Positions 9,692 to 17,727 of a stretch of DNA of 53,924 nt are shown here, one piece after another. The notes under the pieces are model-generated. The model was not told the origin of the DNA. It ran no database searches and worked only from the letters and a program-made list of their open reading frames with translations. The translations under genes and the position numbers were made by a program. The DNA comes from an uncultured SAR324 cluster bacterium (lineage in GTDB: Bacteria > SAR324 > NAC60-12), in contig CACIWU010000004.1 in assembly GCA_902590435.1 (NCBI GenBank), positions 1-53,924 on the forward strand. The letters run 5' to 3'. Each line of letters begins with the position of its first letter. Position 1 is the first letter of the stretch.

Positions 9692-10072
9692 ATGACTACA
9701 AAAAACGATGAACTAGTTCCAGAAGATTTAGGAACAGAAAGAGAAAAAGAAATTGGTCAGCATATTGGTTATAGATATGATGTAAATCTTGTACCTGACT
9801 ATGAGCGTCTTACTCCTTTTCTCAAGAAATATATTGAAACGATGGGATGGGAAGACCTTAACTGGTTAGAGGATGTCCATATGGGTTACGAGGAGGATCG
9901 TGCAGCTGTATTTGATCGTAATATCAACGGATGGGTAACTGTCCCAGAAGAAATGGCATTGCCAGACAATCAACAGGATCGTGATATGATTGCCCGTGAA
10001 TTATTGATCAAGTTTCAAATGTCAAAACGACATCCTATGGTACTGCTCGAAGAAACTTATGGAAAATTTTGA
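9692..10072 (+). CDS. Uncharacterised acidic 126-aa protein closing the tdm-ligase-glxBCD-like run
   Basis: Clean ORF, co-directional, with composition like the upstream cluster. I recognise no family motif. Confidence 0.75.
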   Translation: MTTKNDELVPEDLGTEREKEIGQHIGYRYDVNLVPDYERLTPFLKKYIETMGWEDLNWLEDVHMGYEEDRAAVFDRNINGWVTVPEEMALPDNQQDRDMIARELLIKFQMSKRHPMVLLEETYGKF

Positions 10073-10127
10073 AAAAGATCTTATTATTCTTTTTCTTGAT
10101 GCTTGATTTTTTATATTTTATAGCATC

Positions 10128-10418
10128 TTAATCTGAAAGTGGCGTAATTCCTGACAGTAATTTCTTTCTTACTTTTTTTACTTTATTAGATTTTGTAATG
10201 GATTTAAATCCATCAGGTTTCTCGATTGCACTATTATCAGGTCCTACATTTTTTTTATTTTCTACTTTATTATTTAAACTTTTGTCATAATCAAATATCG
10301 ATTCTAAATCATAATCTATTTGAAAATTTTCTAGATTTGATATACCTTCCTCCTGTTTTTTGCATGAAACAAATAGGCAAGAGGAACTTATGATTAAAAT
10401 TAAAAGTTTATTTTTCAG
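10128..10418 (-). CDS. Putative small lipoprotein with a CTG start (absent from the ORF track)
   Basis: Manual translation gives (M)KNKLLILIISSSCLFVSC KKQEEG...GITPLSD*, 96 aa. It has a basic N-terminus, a hydrophobic core and the lipobox FVSC. AAGGA lies 4 nt upstream of the CTG. It fills an otherwise empty gap. Confidence 0.55.
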   Translation of the reverse strand: MKNKLLILIISSSCLFVSCKKQEEGISNLENFQIDYDLESIFDYDKSLNNKVENKKNVGPDNSAIEKPDGFKSITKSNKVKKVRKKLLSGITPLSD

Positions 10419-10474
10419 AAATTCCTTAATAATGCTTCTTTATTAGCAACACATCATACTCTAATTCTTTTCTC

Positions 10475-10693
10475 TTAACTCTTTCTGAAAGAATAATGTT
10501 GAATCATACTAGATTTTTCATTCATCATTCCTCTTTCAAAAGCTATTTCCAACAATCGATTATGGATTTTCCTTTTATCCAAAAAATTTTTAACCCACCA
10601 ACTTATTAATCCTATAGAGCACAAAACAACAAATAGGATTGTAAAAAATTGAGAAGAAAAGATTGAGAGATACGCTCCGATAGTACTTTCCAT
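10475..10693 (-). CDS. Small membrane protein
   Basis: AGGAGG RBS upstream of the ATG; one long TM segment. Confidence 0.65.
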   Translation of the reverse strand: MESTIGAYLSIFSSQFFTILFVVLCSIGLISWWVKNFLDKRKIHNRLLEIAFERGMMNEKSSMIQHYSFRKS

Positions 10694-10791
10694 TGAGAAC
10701 CTCCTATGTTTTCTAATTGAAAGTTTCTAGCAGTATAATTATTCTAATATACACCGTTTTTAAAAAATTAAAACATTATTTTATGAATACT

Positions 10792-11628
10792 TTAAAATCC
10801 AAATGGTTTGTCATTATTTAGACTCGGAATTCTAATCCTCGTCATATTAACCTCTTCTAGATTAATATTTACATTTATAAAACCTGGACTAGTCCCTCCA
10901 TCAGCAAGAATCTCTCCCCAAGGATTAATGATCAATGAATGACCATAACATTCACCACCTCCTTCTATTTTTCCTATAGAACATGGCGCTATAACAAAAG
11001 CCCCATTTTCTATTGCACGCGCTCTGTTAAGTACGTGCCAATGAGCCTTACCAGTTTTTTTTGTAAAAGCTGCAGGTACAAACAAAATTTCTGCCCCCTT
11101 TTTTGATAACTCACGAAAAAGATTAGGAAATCTCAAATCATAGCAAATTGTATGTCCTATACAGCCCCAAGATGTCTTTGAAATAACTGCTTTATTACCA
11201 CCATGTACAGTTTTACTTTCTAAATATGATTCTCTTTCTGATAATTTTATATCAAAAAGATGAATTTTGTCATATCTGCTAATGATGCTACCATAGTCAT
11301 CAATAATGTAGCTTCGATTCAATATTTTTTCATCTGGACCGCTTATTGCGATAGAACCAATAAGAATGAACTTCTTTTTATTTCTTGCAAATTCTTTTAG
11401 ACCCTTCAAAACTGGATGTGATTCTTCGGGACTAAAAGGAGGTGAAAAAGAATAACCTTCTGTTTTCAATCCTCCACAATATTCAGGAAGGGTTAGCATA
11501 TCTGCACCAGCCTCAATTGCATTTTCTGCATGACATATTGCTTCATCAAGAGAGGACTTAAAATTAGCTTTTGGACTTATTTGAAGGCAAGCAACATTAA
11601 ACTGTCTTTTGTAATTTTTTTTTCTCAC
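10792..11628 (-). CDS. Carbon-nitrogen hydrolase (Nit1/deaminated-glutathione amidase-like)
   Basis: E-K-C triad motifs LPEY, YDKIHLFD and ICYDLRFP, plus PAAFTKKTGKAHW, RARAIENG and YGHSLIINPWG. Confidence 0.9.
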   Translation of the reverse strand: MRKKNYKRQFNVACLQISPKANFKSSLDEAICHAENAIEAGADMLTLPEYCGGLKTEGYSFSPPFSPEESHPVLKGLKEFARNKKKFILIGSIAISGPDEKILNRSYIIDDYGSIISRYDKIHLFDIKLSERESYLESKTVHGGNKAVISKTSWGCIGHTICYDLRFPNLFRELSKKGAEILFVPAAFTKKTGKAHWHVLNRARAIENGAFVIAPCSIGKIEGGGECYGHSLIINPWGEILADGGTSPGFINVNINLEEVNMTRIRIPSLNNDKPFGF

Positions 11629-11719
11629 ATTAACTTTATAGAAAAAATCTACCGTCTATTTAAATATTTTACATAATTTTTTTGAATTTTGAGCACAAAA
11701 AATTTACTTTTGCTTTTTT

Positions 11720-12451
11720 TTATTCATGAAAAACTCCTTTAATATAATTACCAACTATTTTTCCAAATTTGTTGTATTCTTTACCTTCCCAAAAACCTCC
11801 CTCTTTGAAAATGCCAACCAACTTTCTACCATCATTCCAATTATAAGTGCCTTTACCATTGAAAAAACCATCTTTGTATTCTCCATTATAGTTAATTCCA
11901 TCAGGAGATGTAAATTTTCCAAACCCATTTTTTTCTCCATTTTTCCAACCTCCTTCATATTTCCAACTATTGTGCTTAATATATATTCCTTGACCATTTC
12001 TTTTTCCATTTTTAAATTCTCCTTCATATGTACTGCCATCCGGCCAGGTATATACTCCATTAAAATGTTTTTTCCCATCCTTCCATTCACCTTCATAATT
12101 TCCTCCATCAGAATATCTCCTCTTTCCATTACCATTTTCTTCATCATTTTTCCAACCTCCTTCATAGGTACTACCATCTAAGAATGTGAATACACCCTTA
12201 CCATAAAATTTACCATCTTTCCATTCTCCAACATATTTTTCACCTATAGGCGTCGTTAATATTCCTAGTCCGTTTGGTTTACCATTATCAACATCTCCTT
12301 TAAATAATGGTTGAGATTCAATGTCTCCAAATCCTTTCCACTCGATTCCAGAAGTTGTATCCCATTTAAATAATATTTCTCCTTCGAAACAATTTACTAT
12401 GTGTGGAAAAAACAAAAATATGAATAAGATTATAATTTTATTATTTTTCAA
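11720..12451 (-). CDS. Secreted MORN-repeat protein
   Basis: Signal-peptide-like N-terminus and about 7-8 tandem 23-aa YEGEWKDGK.NG.G repeats. Confidence 0.85.
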   Translation of the reverse strand: MKNNKIIILFIFLFFPHIVNCFEGEILFKWDTTSGIEWKGFGDIESQPLFKGDVDNGKPNGLGILTTPIGEKYVGEWKDGKFYGKGVFTFLDGSTYEGGWKNDEENGNGKRRYSDGGNYEGEWKDGKKHFNGVYTWPDGSTYEGEFKNGKRNGQGIYIKHNSWKYEGGWKNGEKNGFGKFTSPDGINYNGEYKDGFFNGKGTYNWNDGRKLVGIFKEGGFWEGKEYNKFGKIVGNYIKGVFHE

Positions 12452-12538
12452 ATTTTATCCTTATTAAGGATTGAAATGAACTATATTTTGGAAGGTTTTG
12501 TTGATTATTTGGGAAAACTTTTAAAATTAATAAATTTT

Positions 12539-12697
12539 TTACACTTTTTCCCTCCTAAAATTTTTCTCTTTCCCAACATCCCTTATTGATGCAGCTAAAA
12601 CGAACCAAAAAAAACGAATTCTATTCAAAAAACCTTTTTTTTTGGAAAGTTCATCAAATTTTTCTATTCCACATGTTGTTCTAATATTATTTTTCAT
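12539..12697 (-). CDS. Possible 52-aa small protein (below the ORF-track cutoff)
   Basis: MKNNIRTTCGIEKFDELSKKKGFLNRIRFFWFVLAASIRDVGKEKNFRREKV. It starts 12 nt after the upstream gene's stop, on the same strand. Confidence 0.45.
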   Translation of the reverse strand: MKNNIRTTCGIEKFDELSKKKGFLNRIRFFWFVLAASIRDVGKEKNFRREKV

Positions 12698-12709
12698 TCT
12701 CAAAATAAA

Positions 12710-13303
12710 TCAATAATTTATCTCTGGAATTGCAATTGAATTGGACCAATCTGGACGAAAAATTAATACTCGTGATTCTGGAGATATACTAGGATTAAAA
12801 AGGAGGTTGTGCCAATAAGTAAATTGATAACCTATATCCTCATTTTTTAATTCATCCACAAAACAACAAATTTTAAATGATTGCTTCTGGTAGTCAAAAT
12901 TTAGTAAAATTTTTTTTTCGTTTAAAATATGTGTTGCTGTTATAGAATTTTTTGGGAAAAGTCCTGTCATCAATCCTTCAAAATCTGCATTATGTTGAAA
13001 AAATGTTGATGAAAGAATCTCGATTACTTTTTTGTACCTTTCATTAGGATCATTAGTTTTTTTAGCTATAAATCGGAACTGTAATACACTTTCAAGTGGG
13101 TTTTTGGGTACTAAAAGTAATATAACCGAAGAATTTAATTCTTTATCGTTTGCACTCAGGACTCGAGGACAAATCCCAAGTGATGGACGCCCATTATTAT
13201 TTCTCAAAGAATATTCCCTTATACGGCACTGCCAACCAATAAAGTGCCTCTGAATATTTAAATTACTATAACTAGAATCACTTTCTTTTGATTCTGATTT
13301 CAT
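12710..13303 (-). CDS. Hypothetical protein
   Basis: 197-aa ORF directly downstream of the flavoprotein, with motif-like segments FIGWQCRIR and TYWHNLLFNP. Confidence 0.7.
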   Translation of the reverse strand: MKSESKESDSSYSNLNIQRHFIGWQCRIREYSLRNNNGRPSLGICPRVLSANDKELNSSVILLLVPKNPLESVLQFRFIAKKTNDPNERYKKVIEILSSTFFQHNADFEGLMTGLFPKNSITATHILNEKKILLNFDYQKQSFKICCFVDELKNEDIGYQFTYWHNLLFNPSISPESRVLIFRPDWSNSIAIPEINY

Positions 13304-13350
13304 AAAGTATAATTAGTTGAACCTGTTTAAAAATTATAGATGATAATTCT

Positions 13351-14682
13351 TCAACTCCATGGGAAAGGACTATTTGAAACCGGATGTAAATTACCTTTCT
13401 CAAAACGATTAAATCGAAAAGGATCTAATAACGTACTTGATTCACCCATTATTTCTTTAGAAACTAGTTTACCAACTCCTATCATTTTCCAACCATGATT
13501 TGAGTCTGCTATCACATAACAGTTTTCATGAAAAACATCAAAAACGGGAAAACTATCAGGAGCTAATGCACCGAGTCCTCCCGAGGGTTTTTCTCTGTAA
13601 AGGTTTCTACTACCTTCAAATCGTTTTTGACAGAAAGCTAATGCAGAACACCACATATCTACAAATTTTTTACCAACTACAAAGTCTGGAGATTCCGTAC
13701 CGTAAGGATCTACACTAAAATCTTCTCCTGTATTATCAACATTATAAGGTGCTGATCCACCTTGAATCCCATCAAAACTGAAATCTGGTTTATAATATAT
13801 ACCCCACATTTTATCTGTTATTAAATTACCATTCGTATCTGAGTAAAGTGGTACATCAGAATCAACATGGACAACTGGAGGCATTTTACCTTCATTTGTT
13901 TTTAGCATGTTTGGATCAACACCCAAAGTTCCTTCCTGTAAACAGTAATATCGCCACATTTCCACATCTTCAAAATATTTTTCGCCATCCTTAATTCTAA
14001 TCTTGCGCGGTAGGTTTAAAATTTTCCAAAAATTATTTATCCATGGACCTACACCGACTACTAAGTAATCTATTTTTATTTCTCCTATATTTGTAATTAC
14101 TTTAGAAATAGATTTTCCTGAATATTCAACTCCCAATACTTCCACATTGCCAATAATTAAAACTCCCTCACTTTCTGCTTTAGCTGCAAGACCCTCTAAA
14201 CACTTCCTGTTATTAGAGTAACCACCCTTTTTCTCATGCAGAACCGATGTTATCCCTTTCGCATGCCAATCATCGAAAATACCTCGCATATAACTCATTG
14301 AATCTTCACTACCCTCTATAAACTCAGAAGGATAGCCAATGGCTTTTTGTTGTTCATAAATCGAAGATACATCAGAACGCATAACTTCTGGACTAATTTG
14401 CATGTAACCAACAGGATGATAACTATAATTTTTGGGATCACTTTCCCATACCTCCACACTATGTGCCATCAATTCGCGCATAGCTGGTTGGAAATAATTA
14501 TTTCTAACCACACCGCAAGCAATTCCTGAAGCACCCGCTCCAATACCAGATTTGTCAATTACAATTATATCTTTTCCGCTTCCAAGCCCACGATTTTTTA
14601 ATTCTAGTGAAAGATGATATGCGGTACTAAGGCCATGAATTCCTGAACCAACAATTAGGTACTTTGTAGTACTAGGTAACAT
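13351..14682 (-). CDS. FAD-dependent amine oxidoreductase (DAO family, sarcosine oxidase beta/MgdA-like)
   Basis: Rossmann motif IVGSGIHGLSTAYHL, GAGASGIACGVVRNNY, PDSFPV and DSNHGWKMIGVG. Confidence 0.85.
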   Translation of the reverse strand: MLPSTTKYLIVGSGIHGLSTAYHLSLELKNRGLGSGKDIIVIDKSGIGAGASGIACGVVRNNYFQPAMRELMAHSVEVWESDPKNYSYHPVGYMQISPEVMRSDVSSIYEQQKAIGYPSEFIEGSEDSMSYMRGIFDDWHAKGITSVLHEKKGGYSNNRKCLEGLAAKAESEGVLIIGNVEVLGVEYSGKSISKVITNIGEIKIDYLVVGVGPWINNFWKILNLPRKIRIKDGEKYFEDVEMWRYYCLQEGTLGVDPNMLKTNEGKMPPVVHVDSDVPLYSDTNGNLITDKMWGIYYKPDFSFDGIQGGSAPYNVDNTGEDFSVDPYGTESPDFVVGKKFVDMWCSALAFCQKRFEGSRNLYREKPSGGLGALAPDSFPVFDVFHENCYVIADSNHGWKMIGVGKLVSKEIMGESSTLLDPFRFNRFEKGNLHPVSNSPFPWS

Positions 14683-14838
14683 ATTTTTTTCTCAAAAAAA
14701 CAGTTTTTTAAAAATATAAATAACAAGATTTATAAACAGAATTAATTTTCAATTATCGTTCCAAAAAATGCAAGATACATTAGTTATGGACATAGAAAAA
14801 TAATTAAATTTTTCATGATATAAAAAAAATAATCAAAT

Positions 14839-16407
14839 TCAGAATGAATAGCGAACCTCAAAGAAAAATCGATCATTCTCATTCAAACTCTTAAAATATG
14901 AGCTTTCACCTGATTGATATATCATAACTCCTCCTTTTACGGAAAAGGCATCAAATATGTCATATTTCAATGAAAAACGGTTTATTCCACCATCTCTGCC
15001 ACTTTTACCAATCATCATCCCCAAAATATCAAAGTGTAAAGTTTTATTAAGATAATCTTGTGCAAAACTAAATGAGTTTACATAACTTTCCTCGCGTTTA
15101 TAATCCGGGAAACCCTCTAAACGAAAATCAAAATCATTGAGATATTGTAACGCCGACTCTATTGAAACAGATGTTTCACTCAACCCAGAATATTCAATAC
15201 CAAAAAGTAAATCCAAACGTGAAAAAGTTTTGTCCGCAACAAGTGCAAACTCAAAACCGTGCAACTTAGCTGCTTCTGCTTTCAATAAGTAATTACCAGA
15301 TGGAATACTCAAAGTCATTCCAGCCATAGTTAAGCGACTATGGTGCATTTCATAGGATGGTATCACCCCTATTCCAGGAATTATCGTTATGCTACTAATT
15401 TTAAAATGGTTCGTGTCTTCAAAAAACTGTGCCCAATGTAAAGACGCATCCCATCCTTTGAATGTTCCAATCAAAGCTAAACCGTATTCTGTATTTTCCC
15501 TATTGCTTTCAGGAATTACGTCATTAATTTTTTGAGTTTCTGGATTAAAATCACTACCATATGGAGCGGATTTGTTAAATTTTATTTCGTGTACAGCAAC
15601 TGCTTCAAATTTAAAATCTCCAATATAATAATCAAACCGTGTCATATTAATTGGTATGCGCGTGTCTTCCAAATCAGTCATGCCAAATTCCCTGTTATCA
15701 GTTGGATTCAAAACATCTACAACTCTTAAGCTATTCGCCACTCCCCAAACTATAATCTGATTTCCAAGCTTGACATCTAAAAATTTAAACGGACTACCCT
15801 CAATATAAAATTCACGAAACTCTGCTTCTTCCTCAAGTTCATTAAGTACTTCATTGGAAAATTTTTCACGTTCTTTCATACCATAAGCAAAGTTGTAAAA
15901 TACTTTTCCAGAAATCCTAGTTTTCCAGTTATGACTTAGTTTAGCGTCCCATGTCAAGGAAATAAAAGGTTGTATTTTAGTAAAACCACTCCAATCTGCT
16001 TGCGTTTTATTTTCAGGCAATTCCTTGGCATAATTGTAACTCAGACTCAATCCCGTATTTCCAAATATACTGTTCCAATTTTCCTCTTTAGCTACTAACT
16101 CAACGTCTTCACTATTTTCTAATTCATCATCTTCTTCGTCATCAAATCCAGAAAGAATATCTTCAACATTGTCTTCTACATTTTGATCGTCAAATCCAGA
16201 AAGGGCTTCTTCTAAAACTACTTCTTCAGAAACTTTTTGAGCAATTGCATATTTAGTAATATAAACATTAAGTACTAAAATAGTGAAAACAATTAAAAAA
16301 AACTTAATCCTGATTTTTGAGAAAATATTTTTAAATTTTGAACCTCTGAATTTCTGAAAAAGCATTTCATTAAAAATTGGGAAACTAGTACTTCTTCGCT
16401 TTTTCAT
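14839..16407 (-). CDS. Outer-membrane beta-barrel protein, DUF1302-like
   Basis: Motifs EFREFYIE, KLGNQIIVWG and VVDVLNPTD, with C-terminal FFEVRYSF. It has an acidic N-terminal linker with a duplicated LSGFDD. The true start may be downstream. Confidence 0.75.
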   Translation of the reverse strand: MKKRRSTSFPIFNEMLFQKFRGSKFKNIFSKIRIKFFLIVFTILVLNVYITKYAIAQKVSEEVVLEEALSGFDDQNVEDNVEDILSGFDDEEDDELENSEDVELVAKEENWNSIFGNTGLSLSYNYAKELPENKTQADWSGFTKIQPFISLTWDAKLSHNWKTRISGKVFYNFAYGMKEREKFSNEVLNELEEEAEFREFYIEGSPFKFLDVKLGNQIIVWGVANSLRVVDVLNPTDNREFGMTDLEDTRIPINMTRFDYYIGDFKFEAVAVHEIKFNKSAPYGSDFNPETQKINDVIPESNRENTEYGLALIGTFKGWDASLHWAQFFEDTNHFKISSITIIPGIGVIPSYEMHHSRLTMAGMTLSIPSGNYLLKAEAAKLHGFEFALVADKTFSRLDLLFGIEYSGLSETSVSIESALQYLNDFDFRLEGFPDYKREESYVNSFSFAQDYLNKTLHFDILGMMIGKSGRDGGINRFSLKYDIFDAFSVKGGVMIYQSGESSYFKSLNENDRFFFEVRYSF

Positions 16408-17231
16408 AATCCTTTTTCTAATCTTCGGATCGTAAACAAATTCCCATTCACTTCATCTTGATAAAAACGCATGTTTTTTTCTTTTAATATAGTTTTGTGA
16501 AGGATTTTCTTTCCTGATTTTGTGGTCACATGCATTTCTGTTGAAACCCAAATCCCATCTATTTTTTCCAACTTCTTAACATCCAAATATTTATTGCGCC
16601 TTTTATTGTGAACCCAGCGTAATCCGCGAATCATTACATAATTATCCTGACGAATGAAAATAATTGATTTACTATATCCACTTTTTTTTACTTCATCTTT
16701 GGTTTTTGGAACAGACTTAATTTGCCAAACTTTTTGACCTTTTATCTCAGTTTCCTTCATCAAAGTATAATCATACAAATCAAGGTCAGGAGATGTCATA
16801 TCCGAATAATTCAAATCAGATCCCATAAAACTTCCACTCTTATCGCTTGAAGCAATTCTCTTGGTCCTTCGTAGCGCAGGGAGATACAACCATTGCTCAT
16901 CTTCCTTTCCAAATTCATCGTAATCATATGTCAGAAAACTTGTATTTCTTACATCTGCTGGTGAGATAAAAATAATCAAACTCTTAGAAAATCCTCCTTT
17001 TTTACTGCCATATGTCTTAAAATTCCTGACACGCCTTTTACCTTTTTTATCAATAAGAATCATTTCTGTTTCCGAAACCGAGTTGTCTCCTTCATCTCGA
17101 TCAATTACTTTTTTCATGATTTCTCGTCCGCTGAGGGCAAATACTTTATCATGAAGCATTATAAATCCAGAAATTATAATACTAAAGATAGTAAAATTGA
17201 TTTTGATAGAAGTTATTTTATTGAAAATCAT
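16404..17231 (-). CDS. Outer-membrane lipoprotein-sorting (LolA-like) protein
   Basis: Motifs PADVRNTSFL, QWLYLPALRRTKRI and SFMGSDLNYSD, with C-terminal FTIRRLEKGL. Confidence 0.85.
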   Translation of the reverse strand: MIFNKITSIKINFTIFSIIISGFIMLHDKVFALSGREIMKKVIDRDEGDNSVSETEMILIDKKGKRRVRNFKTYGSKKGGFSKSLIIFISPADVRNTSFLTYDYDEFGKEDEQWLYLPALRRTKRIASSDKSGSFMGSDLNYSDMTSPDLDLYDYTLMKETEIKGQKVWQIKSVPKTKDEVKKSGYSKSIIFIRQDNYVMIRGLRWVHNKRRNKYLDVKKLEKIDGIWVSTEMHVTTKSGKKILHKTILKEKNMRFYQDEVNGNLFTIRRLEKGL

Positions 17232-17269
17232 AGTGTCTTCTAATTTTTAGAGTTGGAAGGTCTATTTTT

Positions 17270-17380
17270 TTAGATCAAAGACATCATTGATCGAGCATGA
17301 AGGATGATATCCGCGAGAAGAGCAATGATATGGTCAAATCCAGTAATTAAAAAAAGTGAAATGAGGTTGTAAATCCTGGA
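17270..17380 (-). pseudogene. Degraded 3' stub of an MMPL/RND-family transporter
   Basis: The minus strand reads IYNLISLFLITGFDHIIALLADIILHARSMMSLI*, which resembles the last TM helix of MMPL proteins (..ALLAD..L.P.L). It sits where MMPL genes usually precede LolA-like/DUF1302 genes. Confidence 0.5.
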
Positions 17381-17492
17381 TTGTTATTATTAAAAAACAA
17401 TCCTATAAATTTTCTATACTTTCTGACAAAATAAACTTTTTTGATTTTTAGCTAATTTTCGCTTTATTTAATTTTTTCGCTGAAATATTGGG

Positions 17493-17690
17493 ATGGGCGC
17501 TTATTCTGAACTTCAAAAAAGAGAATTTGAACTAAATGAAACGACAGGATTCAAAGCCGTAAAGCATCAAAGTATTGTTGGGACTAGCTATTTTGAAAGA
17601 GTTCAAAATACTGTTTCAGGAGGACATTCATCAACTGTCGCGTTGAAGGAGTCAACTGAAGTAGAACAATTCAACAAAGAAGCTGCATAA
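17493..17690 (+). pseudogene. aceA: C-terminal fragment of isocitrate lyase
   Basis: GMGAYSELQKREF...AVKHQSIVGTSYF...VSGGHSSTVALKESTEVEQF matches the AceA C-terminus. An in-frame stop lies 4 codons upstream and the catalytic KKCGH region is absent. Confidence 0.85.
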
Positions 17691-17727
17691 AGATTTTTGG
17701 CTTTGCGTTCAGTCTAGATAAAAAGAA

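Noticed and set aside
11726-12181. Alternative-frame ORFs of 151 aa (+) and 140 aa (-) over the MORN gene
   Set aside because: These are shadows of a repetitive Gly/Lys/Tyr-coded gene, with no motifs or RBS.
11790-12300. About 69-bp periodicity that could suggest a CRISPR or DNA repeat array
   Set aside because: The repeats are degenerate at the DNA level and explained by 23-aa MORN units; there is no identical repeat/unique spacer structure.
16135-16215. Short direct repeat TCAAATCCAGAAAG
   Set aside because: It encodes the duplicated LSGFDD in an acidic linker and is not a mobile-element or regulatory repeat.
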